From the IMG/VR virus record IMGVR_UViG_3300013232_000002, positions 62,001 through 95,123 of that record: a DNA stretch of 33,123 nucleotides. One strand, 5' to 3'. Made by a program: the position numbers and the translations under genes. Positions 25,651 through 33,123 of this stretch are shown one piece after another (the stretch's first letter is position 1; every line of letters begins with the position of its first letter). Source of the DNA: an uncultured virus (IMG/VR IMGVR_UViG_3300013232_000002) (lineage: Duplodnaviria; Heunggongvirae; Uroviricota; Caudoviricetes). The notes below the pieces were generated by a model. That model was not told the DNA's origin and made no database searches. It saw only the letters and a list, made by a program, of their open reading frames with translations.

Positions 25651-27246
25651 ATGAGACTGACCAAAGCGTTGAAGAGCTGGCTCGTTGACAACAGTGGCGT
25701 TACGAAAGACGCCGCTGACAACGAGTTCAGGAAGGCGGCCGCCGAGGCGCTCGTGGCGGGCACCTTGACGGCGGAGAAGTTGGCGGAACTGACCAAGGAA
25801 GCCGACGACGAGCAGGCGAACCAGTTCAACGACCGGTTCAACAAGCTCGCCGACAGCCTCACCAAGGCCGTGGATCTCATGACCAAGAAATCGGTCGAGA
25901 CTCCCGAAGCCCCCGAGGCTCCCGAGCAGAAGGCTCCCAAGACCCCCGAGCAGAAGGGTACGTCGGAGCCCACCCGCCTCGCGAAGATGATCTCCAAGAT
26001 CGGCGGCTTCTCCGAAGACGACGACAGCACGCCGGAAGTTCGCGTGAAGTCGTCGGTCGAGGCTTACTCGACGACCAAGAGTGCTCTCCACTATCCGGAG
26101 CGCACGACCAAGAACAAGCCGCACTCGATGGCCGGCGAGCGAGTCACCGTCCACGGTCGCAGCATCGATTCCTCGTCCGACTTGGACAAGGCTCTGGCCG
26201 GTGTGTGGGCCAAGTATCAGCTGGCCTCAGTCACACCGCGAATCGCCGGCTCTCCCCACCGCGCATGGGAGTTGCTGAACGACCACGAGAAGGGCTTGCT
26301 GGTCCACCTCGCCGAGCGTTGCGAGTGGGACGCGTCGGAAGACGAGAAGCCCCGCATCGAGAAGGGCTACCGTGGGGGCATCAAGGCCCTCATCGACGAC
26401 TCCACCAGTGGTGGCTTGGAAGCCGCCCCGATCGTCTTCGACGATCTGGTGATTCAGGCCCCTCTGCTCAACGGCGAGTTGTACCCGCTGGTGACCGAGA
26501 AGGTCCTGGACCGCGGTCGCCGGATCGAGGGTGTCGCGACCCTCACCGTCACCGGATCGTGGGGTGGTGTCGATGACAGTGCGATTGCACTCTTCAACAC
26601 GACCTCGTATGTGTCGGCGTTCGACACCACGATCTACCGTTGGGAAGGTGCCGTGCGCATCGGCTTGGACTTCATGTCCGATACCCCGATCGACTTCGGC
26701 GCCCACATCACCGCGCAGTACGGTGAGAGGCTGTTGGAAGACCTCGACGATGTCATCGCCACCGGCAATGGGACGACCCAGCCGGAAGGCATCATGAACA
26801 AGTCGGGAACGACCGACGTTGCGTTCCTTGGAGCCACCTCCCTCGGGAACTACGAATCCTTGCGGTTCGGAGTCGCGAAGGCCGAGCACAAGGGCAACGC
26901 CAAAGCGTCCGCCATCTTCTGCGGAACCGAGACTTCGTACATGCGAGCCCACGCCATCCCGGTGGGTGCCTCGGATGCTCGTCGTCTCGGAGGCATGGAG
27001 TACGACAGCTACACCTGGATGCAGCGTCCGTACAAGATCAACGAGTCCCTGGACAACACGGACATCTTCTACGCCATCATGTCCCGGTACCGGATGTACC
27101 GGCGGAAGGGCTTCACCGTCCGCACTTCGACCGAGGGCGACACCCTCATCCGTGCGAACGAGATGCTGATCATGGTCATGGCCCGATACGGCGGCCAGCT
27201 CGAAAGAGGCGCGTGCGCGGCGTACACCGACGACGCTCCCGCGTAG
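25651..27246 (+). CDS. Major capsid protein, HK97 fold, with long N-terminal delta/scaffold domain
   Basis: 'IKALIDDSTSGGLEAAP', 'IATGNGTTQPEGI', 'MARYGG'; high-GC3 codon use; followed by a terminator. Confidence 0.9.
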   Translation: MRLTKALKSWLVDNSGVTKDAADNEFRKAAAEALVAGTLTAEKLAELTKEADDEQANQFNDRFNKLADSLTKAVDLMTKKSVETPEAPEAPEQKAPKTPEQKGTSEPTRLAKMISKIGGFSEDDDSTPEVRVKSSVEAYSTTKSALHYPERTTKNKPHSMAGERVTVHGRSIDSSSDLDKALAGVWAKYQLASVTPRIAGSPHRAWELLNDHEKGLLVHLAERCEWDASEDEKPRIEKGYRGGIKALIDDSTSGGLEAAPIVFDDLVIQAPLLNGELYPLVTEKVLDRGRRIEGVATLTVTGSWGGVDDSAIALFNTTSYVSAFDTTIYRWEGAVRIGLDFMSDTPIDFGAHITAQYGERLLEDLDDVIATGNGTTQPEGIMNKSGTTDVAFLGATSLGNYESLRFGVAKAEHKGNAKASAIFCGTETSYMRAHAIPVGASDARRLGGMEYDSYTWMQRPYKINESLDNTDIFYAIMSRYRMYRRKGFTVRTSTEGDTLIRANEMLIMVMARYGGQLERGACAAYTDDAPA

Positions 27247-27260
27247 TTTGGTCGCGTGCA

Positions 27261-27311
27261 AAACCCGTCGCCGGTTCCTCATGTTCTCCGGCCGGCGACG
27301 GGTTTCTTTTT
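27261..27311 (+). terminator. Rho-independent terminator after the capsid gene
   Basis: AAACCCGTCGCCGG / CCGGCGACGGGTTT stem followed by CTTTTT. Confidence 0.8.
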
Positions 27312-27358
27312 AGTCTCGGAGAACAAATGGAAACACGTACTCGGAGAACATACTAGTC

Positions 27359-27952
27359 ATGAGCACCATCGAAAAGAAACAAGTGACGGTCCTTCCGTTT
27401 GAGGTGGAAGCCGATAGTCCGAAGAACAGCGACCTGTTCATTCAGACCATCGGTGTTCGTCTTCGCAGCAGGATCAAGCAGACGGTCGAAGTGTTTGACC
27501 GAGACGAGGGCGAACGCTCCATCTCGGAAACCACGGCCAAGCTGATCAACGGTCTTCCTCGGAAGATCCCGGGAATGCACCTCCGGGTGGATCCCGCGAA
27601 GTGCATTTACGAAGTCAGCGATCCGCTGACGGACGATCCCGAGACGTTGGACAAGATCCGCAAAGCGATGATCCGGCAGGCCGGCTTCTCCAGCAACGGG
27701 AAGTTGAAGGGAGTCAAGGCAACGGATGGGAAGATGCACCGCGATGAGATGAAGACGCTCCTTCGCGAGATGCTCGGTTTCATTCGCATGAAGAAGATGC
27801 GAGTGGTCGCCGGCAAGGCCCCGACGATGGAAGACGTCGAAGGGATGCCGGGTGAGTTCCTCACCAATGCCCGCAACCTGGGACGGTGGAAGCAGCCCCG
27901 TTACGAGAAAGACGTGGAGGAGTGGTCGGCCAAGGTCGATCAGCTCTCTTGA
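27359..27952 (+). CDS. Hypothetical protein downstream of the capsid gene
   Basis: 197 aa ORF with GGAG RBS and phage-like codon use. Confidence 0.7.
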   Translation: MSTIEKKQVTVLPFEVEADSPKNSDLFIQTIGVRLRSRIKQTVEVFDRDEGERSISETTAKLINGLPRKIPGMHLRVDPAKCIYEVSDPLTDDPETLDKIRKAMIRQAGFSSNGKLKGVKATDGKMHRDEMKTLLREMLGFIRMKKMRVVAGKAPTMEDVEGMPGEFLTNARNLGRWKQPRYEKDVEEWSAKVDQLS

Positions 27953-27956
27953 CATC

Positions 27957-28535
27957 ATGGCCAAGATCGTAACCAAATCGACGATGGTTTCTGCCGGGAT
28001 CGTCACTCCTTCGGCCGCTGTCCTTGCAGCACGTGCTCGCAGGGACGAGAAAGCGGAAGGGAAGGAGTTGACGGTCCGTTGGTTCATCGACGAGGTGTCG
28101 GAGAAGATCGAACTGACCATGACCAAGCGAGTGCGGATAGCGACCGAGTACGTGAAAGACCGTATCGTTCGTAACATCAGCGTGCCTGTCGTTCGTGGTT
28201 TTGAGATTTTCAAGGACACAGTGCTGGATACTGACAATGGAAAGACCAGCACAAGGAAGCGGAGGGAGACCTTCGTAGTCGAGAGGAGCCAACGAGGTGA
28301 ATTCCCGAGAGCCGAGACTACGCAGTTGATGAAGACCATCTTCTCCGAGTATCGGAATGGGCCTGGCGGACCCGAGGGTTACATCGGGACTCCTCTCGAT
28401 TATGGTTTGATCTTAGAACTCCGGATGGATCGATCGTTCCTCGTACGTACATTGCAGGAAGAGGCGGACGTGGTGCGATCGATCCTTTCCGGTCCCATCC
28501 CTGGTGGAAAGTCAAACGACTTCGCTATTGAGTAG
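27957..28535 (+). CDS. Neck / tail-completion protein (HK97 gp10-like)
   Basis: 'RSQRGEFPRAETTQLMKTI', 'GYIGTPLDYGLILE..RSFLVRTL' match the gp10-like pattern. Confidence 0.7.
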   Translation: MAKIVTKSTMVSAGIVTPSAAVLAARARRDEKAEGKELTVRWFIDEVSEKIELTMTKRVRIATEYVKDRIVRNISVPVVRGFEIFKDTVLDTDNGKTSTRKRRETFVVERSQRGEFPRAETTQLMKTIFSEYRNGPGGPEGYIGTPLDYGLILELRMDRSFLVRTLQEEADVVRSILSGPIPGGKSNDFAIE

Positions 28536-28544
28536 TGGTGTTTT

Positions 28545-29045
28545 ATGGCAGTTGGACAAGCAGACCTCACCGAAGCGATCGTAACGGCTTGGAATAACTC
28601 CGGCCTGAACGACACCTTCAAAGCGCTGTGGTCCAGCAGCTACCCCACGGAATTCTCAGCTCTTCTTGACCAAGAAGCTCCGGGGGAACAACCGTTTCCT
28701 TACTGCGTACTTGATTCGTTGACGGCATCCGTTGCGTCGAGGATGTCCAGTAACGACACATCAATCCGCGAAGAGCGGAATGTTTCAATTCGATTCAACG
28801 TCCATGCGAGAGAAATCGAAAGCGACTCGAGAAGTTGCAAGGAGATCGCGGCTTTCTTGATGGGCGAAGTGCTCAAAGTGTTCGGAGGGCATCCCGAGGT
28901 GTCTCCGATGGGTGCGATTGTACTAACCTACGGAAATCATCTGCTGACGCAGTACGTCAGTGACTTCGGAGTGAGTACCGGCGAAGACGAGTATCAATGG
29001 ATCATCAACTACACAATGAAGATTGATGTTCCAGTTGCAGTATAA
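28545..29045 (+). CDS. Tail terminator protein (DUF3168-like)
   Basis: 'DQEAPGEQPFPYCV', 'IRFNVH'; position before the tail tube gene. Confidence 0.65.
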   Translation: MAVGQADLTEAIVTAWNNSGLNDTFKALWSSSYPTEFSALLDQEAPGEQPFPYCVLDSLTASVASRMSSNDTSIREERNVSIRFNVHAREIESDSRSCKEIAAFLMGEVLKVFGGHPEVSPMGAIVLTYGNHLLTQYVSDFGVSTGEDEYQWIINYTMKIDVPVAV

Positions 29046-29057
29046 AGGGAGGTCGAT

Positions 29058-29915
29058 ATGACACGCAGTTTAAGCGCTCCGAAGGCCGTCTTCAAAACGA
29101 GTGGGAGTCTCCTGAACACGTTGACCGACGGCTCCGTGAGTTCGATCACGCAGCCTGCGATGAACTACTCTGTCTCGTTGTCGGATGGGGTCAGCGACAA
29201 TCAGGCCAACCGGGTGTGGCAGTCAAGATTGCGGTCGATCCTGCAAGCGCAGCAGGAGACGATCAACCTCATGACCTTCGACGGTCTCGACATCGGAGGT
29301 GGCGATGGCAACGACGCTCTCGGGCAAGCGATGGACATCCAAGAGTTGGTGATGATCGCCATCGTGAACGAAAACGAAGTGGATGCGGATGGAGCGCTGG
29401 AGATCCTGCCGGCATCGTCCGAGGGATGGCAAGGGATGGGAACCCACACCGTAGCCAACGGTGGGGCACTGTACGGGCAGGGTGTGTTGATCAAAATGCA
29501 GCCTTCCGAGGTTGGCTTCGCCGTTGTGGACGGAACTAATCGAATCACACTCCGAGCGTCCGGAGGCGATGTTGCCTACAGCATTTACGTCTTCGGAAGA
29601 AGTGACACGGACGAGTCGTCTTCGTCGAGCGTATCTTCGAGTAGCTCGAGCGTGTCGTCCAGTTCGAGTGTGTCTTCCGAATCCAGTAGCCCATCTAGCC
29701 TGTCGTCAAGCTCTTCGATCAGCACATCTTCGATCAGCACCAGCAGCTCGTCGCTCAGCGCTTCCAGCTCCTCGGTCAGCACCAGCAGCTCGTCGCAGAG
29801 CTCTACCTCAGTCAGCTCGTCCAGTGTGTCGTCCCAATCCAGCAGTTCCGGCAGCAGCAATTCGAGCAGCAGCTCGTCGTCCACCAGCGAGTCGTCGAGC
29901 AGTCTTTCCAGCTAA
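29058..29915 (+). CDS. Putative virion protein with ~99 aa poly-Ser C-terminal tail
   Basis: GGGAGG RBS; ~185 aa beta-rich domain followed by a Ser tract from 29616. Confidence 0.75.
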   Translation: MTRSLSAPKAVFKTSGSLLNTLTDGSVSSITQPAMNYSVSLSDGVSDNQANRVWQSRLRSILQAQQETINLMTFDGLDIGGGDGNDALGQAMDIQELVMIAIVNENEVDADGALEILPASSEGWQGMGTHTVANGGALYGQGVLIKMQPSEVGFAVVDGTNRITLRASGGDVAYSIYVFGRSDTDESSSSSVSSSSSSVSSSSSVSSESSSPSSLSSSSSISTSSISTSSSSLSASSSSVSTSSSSQSSTSVSSSSVSSQSSSSGSSNSSSSSSSTSESSSSLSS

Positions 29916-29954
29916 TGACCTCGCAATTTAACTTCCGCTTAGGAGGAAAATGAA

Positions 29955-30362
29955 ATGAGTAGTGAAAACACGTTAACTGGAAGAAACGGACACTTCTCGT
30001 TCGACGGACAGGCTGTCGCTCGAGCGACGTCTTGGGATGTGTCCAAGAAACTGGTTGGTGGATCGGAGTGGGGTGACTCGGACTCCGCCGGCTACACCAA
30101 CCGTACTGCTGGGAGGAAGGACGCTACTTTCAACTCGGCAGGGAAGTTCGATACCGCCGACGAAGTGTGGGACATCTTCCAGCCGGAAGACATCGTGGCC
30201 GCGTTGCTGTACCTCAACACGTCGGCCCTCTTCTGGAATTTCCCGCGAGCTCTGAACCAAGACTTCAACATGTCGGTCAACATCGACACGCAGGAAGTCA
30301 TCGGATGGACGGCGGCGTGGGGAGCCGATGGGATCTTCTACTACCCCGGAGAAGCAGCGTAG
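29955..30362 (+). CDS. Major tail tube protein
   Basis: AGGAGG RBS; 'LTGRNGHFSFDG..SWDVS..GYTNRTAGRKDA'; followed by a terminator and then chaperones. Confidence 0.7.
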   Translation: MSSENTLTGRNGHFSFDGQAVARATSWDVSKKLVGGSEWGDSDSAGYTNRTAGRKDATFNSAGKFDTADEVWDIFQPEDIVAALLYLNTSALFWNFPRALNQDFNMSVNIDTQEVIGWTAAWGADGIFYYPGEAA

Positions 30363-30403
30363 TGTGATTTCGTTTGGGTTGCCGCCCGCGTCCAATTTGA
30401 TCT

Positions 30404-30468
30404 AAACCCCGCTGGTGGAATCGGGATGCCCGGCAACCCAATCCCGGTACCCGGCGGGGTTTTTTATT
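30404..30468 (+). terminator. Long-stem Rho-independent terminator after the tail tube gene
   Basis: AAACCCCGCTGG (30404-30415) pairs with CCGGCGGGGTTT (30451-30462) with one G-U pair; inner CGGGAT/ATCCCG stem; T tract. Confidence 0.7.
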
Positions 30469-30479
30469 AGGGAGAGCAG

Positions 30480-31118
30480 ATGGGAGACAGCGAAAGGACA
30501 TCACAAGCTCTTGGAGCAGGTGATTCCATCACCGTAGGTGAGAAGACCTATCGTCTTCATCCAGTGGTTGCGGGAAGCCTTGCTGATCTTGAGCGAGACG
30601 CGTTGAAGTACTACAAACGCCAGTACTTGGAAACGTACACCGACAACTTGGACTTGCTTCCCGGAAACGAGCATGCGAAGCAAGACTTGATGCTGCAGAA
30701 GTTGGAAGATGTTGCCAAGTGGGACCTGGAGGATCTTCCATCTCGATCGGTGTATTCGACGGTGGGCATTCCCATCGACGAAGAGATGCGGAAGTGGATC
30801 AAAGACAACTTCCAAGTGTCTCCAGAGCTTGAGATGTCGTGTCAGGTTGTGCTTGCGATGGCACTCGACAACAAGCGGATCACTCCGCAAAAAGTGTACG
30901 AGATGACTGGCAAGTACCCGAGAGAAGCGAAAGTGCGTTACGACCAGTGGTGGGTTACTGCTACTCGTACTGGGATGATCTCGTTCGTGCTGTCTTCACT
31001 TCGCTTAGATGATCGGACCGTTACCGACAAGGATGTTGCAGATTGGTCCATCGCCAAGTTGATTGAAGCATCACGTCTCGTTGAAAAAGTAACAGTGGCG
31101 TCGGTGGGAAATGGGTAG
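30480..31118 (+). CDS. Tail assembly chaperone (gpG-like)
   Basis: Lies between tail tube and tape measure genes; ends in the slippery heptamer G GGA AAT. Confidence 0.75.
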   Translation: MGDSERTSQALGAGDSITVGEKTYRLHPVVAGSLADLERDALKYYKRQYLETYTDNLDLLPGNEHAKQDLMLQKLEDVAKWDLEDLPSRSVYSTVGIPIDEEMRKWIKDNFQVSPELEMSCQVVLAMALDNKRITPQKVYEMTGKYPREAKVRYDQWWVTATRTGMISFVLSSLRLDDRTVTDKDVADWSIAKLIEASRLVEKVTVASVGNG

Positions 31119-31552
31119 AGCCCTCCGTCTTCGAGCGTGCTTCCAAGGATGAGAAGCCGGTCGAACTTGGAGGGCTATTACAAGGAATCACGTCATTTCA
31201 CATCAGGATGCTGACAGAGAACTCATTCAACGGAGGAGCAGGATACACATACGAGCAGGTGCGAAATATGACGCTGAACCAAATACACCATCGCCTCTGT
31301 GAGATGGATCTGCTCAAGAAGTTTGGAGAACGAAGTCGAAAGTACGCACTGGATGAAGTTCCGACGATACTCACTCCAGATGAAGATGGGATGATTGCCG
31401 GACGAGATGCTGACGGAAATCCAATCAAGAAGAAATTCAAGGTTGGAGGAAAGTCGCTGGTGCGAAGGTTGATGGAGCAGGCTGCCGCAAAGCGAGAAGC
31501 CGAAAAGACTCTGCAGAAGAAGCAGAGAGGAAAGAAGAAACGAAAGAGGTAG
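31106..31552 (+). CDS. Tail assembly chaperone gpGT extension reached by -1 frameshift
   Basis: The -1 frame from 31106 (GGG AAA TGG GTA...) is open into the 31208..31552 ORF ('GYTYEQVRNMTLNQI'). Confidence 0.75.
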   Translation, partial: GKWVEPSVFERASKDEKPVELGGLLQGITSFHIRMLTENSFNGGAGYTYEQVRNMTLNQIHHRLCEMDLLKKFGERSRKYALDEVPTILTPDEDGMIAGRDADGNPIKKKFKVGGKSLVRRLMEQAAAKREAEKTLQKKQRGKKKRKR

Positions 31553-31556
31553 AAAC

Positions 31557-33123
31557 ATGGGCCTCGAACTTGCCACTGCATCCATTGCCATCCGTGCTGA
31601 CCAAAGCCATTTGAACCAAGACTTCAAGGCCGCGGAAAGCTCGGTGATGGGTTACTTGAACAATATGCTCAATGGAGTACAGGGCAGGTTGATGGGAGCC
31701 CTGGCGATGGTGGGTGCTGGCTTCACAACGATGGGAGCGTTGTACAAGGCCGGCTCGTTCGAGCAGACGGTGATCGCCTTCGAGACCATGATAGGGTCGG
31801 CCCAAGAGACACAAGAAACTCTGGCCAATTTAACCGAGTTCGCAGCGAAGACTCCTTTCGAGATGCCCGAGATCGAGTCGGCAGCTCGAGGCCTGATCCA
31901 ATTCGGAGAGCGTGGCGACGAGTTGATGGAGACGTTGAATATGTTGGGAAACGCATCGGCAGGTGCGTCTGTACCATTCGGTTTTCTTGCTAATGTGTTC
32001 AACCAGATCCGTGGTGTGGGGAAACTACTCACTCAAGACTTCCGGCAGTTGAGCAGCCGCGGTATCTTGTCTCTCCAAGACATCGCAAAGCACTACAATG
32101 TTACGACCAGCGCTGCGCAGGAGATGATGAGCGAAGGGAAGATCACCTTCGAAGATGTGAAGAAAATCTTCAAGGGTCTCTCCGAGGAAGGTGGTCGGTT
32201 TGAAAACTTGATGGAGAAGCAATCCAAGTCGTTGCTTGGGTTGTGGTCCACCTTCAAGGACGCATTGGGCATCACGGCACGCACGTTGGGTGAAGTGATG
32301 ATGCCAGCGGCGAAGACTTTCGTCACCAATGCAATCGCGATGGCCGAGTCTATTCGTTTGTGGGTCACCGACAATTCCGAGTTCATTCAAGGAATCATCG
32401 ATACAACACTCGCCATCGGGAAATGGGTGATCGCACTAACTGCCGCTGCTGCCGCGATCAAGATGGTGTCGATGGCTGTTTCCGTTTACGACAAGGTCAC
32501 CAAAGCAGCATCAATCAGCAGCGCCATTCTCATGGCTCTTTCTGGTCCTGTTGGTTGGATCAAGCTCGTTGCAGGGATTGCCGCTGCTGCTACGGCGATG
32601 TACACCTTGAACGCATTATTCGACAAATCGGAGAAGAAGAAACCCTACTCCTCCGTCTTGGAAACCATCACGGGTCCTCGGACTGCTGAAGAGGAAGCAC
32701 CGACTGAGGCAGCGATCGCAGCAAACAAAGCGCTTGCGAAGTCAATTGACGATCTGAAAAGTGCTATCGTCAGCCTCAAGGAGACGGGTGATGACAAACC
32801 GCTTCTCTCGATGTTGAACGATGTTGATGCGTTGCAGAAGAAGATCGAGGAGACAAAGAAGAGTGTGAAAGCGTGGGAAGAGTTTGTACAGGATTACTCA
32901 TTCCTGGAGAAGCCTACCCCAACGCAGAACGAAGAATACGATAGGGCAATGACCCAAGGCGGACTCGGAAGAAAGCAGAAAGAACTCCGAGACCTTGAAG
33001 CGAAGATGAAGGAGTATCAGGAGCTTGCCAGGCTGACGGGTGGGTGGGGGCAGATGGAAGGCTTCATCAAGTCAAGCAAATCAACCACCTTAGAAGATCA
33101 GCAGAAAGACCTTGACGAGCTGG
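31557..33123 (+). CDS. Tape measure protein (3' truncated by the window)
   Basis: MGLELATASIAIRAD...; tape-measure domain 'FEQTVIAFETMIGSA..LTEFAAKTPFEMPEI..FNQIRGVGKLLTQDFRQLSSRG'. Confidence 0.88.
   Translation, partial: MGLELATASIAIRADQSHLNQDFKAAESSVMGYLNNMLNGVQGRLMGALAMVGAGFTTMGALYKAGSFEQTVIAFETMIGSAQETQETLANLTEFAAKTPFEMPEIESAARGLIQFGERGDELMETLNMLGNASAGASVPFGFLANVFNQIRGVGKLLTQDFRQLSSRGILSLQDIAKHYNVTTSAAQEMMSEGKITFEDVKKIFKGLSEEGGRFENLMEKQSKSLLGLWSTFKDALGITARTLGEVMMPAAKTFVTNAIAMAESIRLWVTDNSEFIQGIIDTTLAIGKWVIALTAAAAAIKMVSMAVSVYDKVTKAASISSAILMALSGPVGWIKLVAGIAAAATAMYTLNALFDKSEKKKPYSSVLETITGPRTAEEEAPTEAAIAANKALAKSIDDLKSAIVSLKETGDDKPLLSMLNDVDALQKKIEETKKSVKAWEEFVQDYSFLEKPTPTQNEEYDRAMTQGGLGRKQKELRDLEAKMKEYQELARLTGGWGQMEGFIKSSKSTTLEDQQKDLDEL

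Noticed and set aside
26227..27282. 351 aa minus-strand ORF opposite the capsid gene
   Set aside because: Shadow ORF caused by high GC3 codon bias; no recognisable domain.
27353..28339. 328 aa minus-strand ORF
   Set aside because: Overlaps two well-supported + strand genes and has no motifs.
1..33123. tRNA, rRNA, IS elements, att sites
   Set aside because: None recognisable by eye; the window is almost fully protein-coding.

Overview
The window is the virion-morphogenesis region of a tailed, siphovirus-like HK97-fold phage or prophage. Almost all genes are on the + strand. In order it carries: the terminase C-terminus; an accessory block (DUF1353, thermonuclease-like, secreted trypsin-collagen, membrane protein, giant LamG/CBM protein); head-tail connectors; portal; MuF head morphogenesis protein; prohead protease; major capsid; neck and tail genes; a tail chaperone pair with a -1 frameshift; and the start of the tape measure gene. 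The main unusual feature lies at 13.9-21.2 kb. A 14-aa His-rich motif, K-H-L-x-x-[QE]-H-[DN]-Q-x-x-H-[AG]-H, occurs five times in four head-locus proteins. Each copy directly precedes a different cargo: topoisomerase IB fused to the portal, an unknown small domain, a PI3K/HipA-like kinase fused to MuF, a GNAT, and a second kinase plus ADP-ribosyltransferase. This suggests a modular tagged system for loading effectors into the head. The MuF gene also holds a 310-aa intein whose putative endonuclease is a separate gene on the opposite strand. All calls come from reading motifs by eye; no database searches were run.
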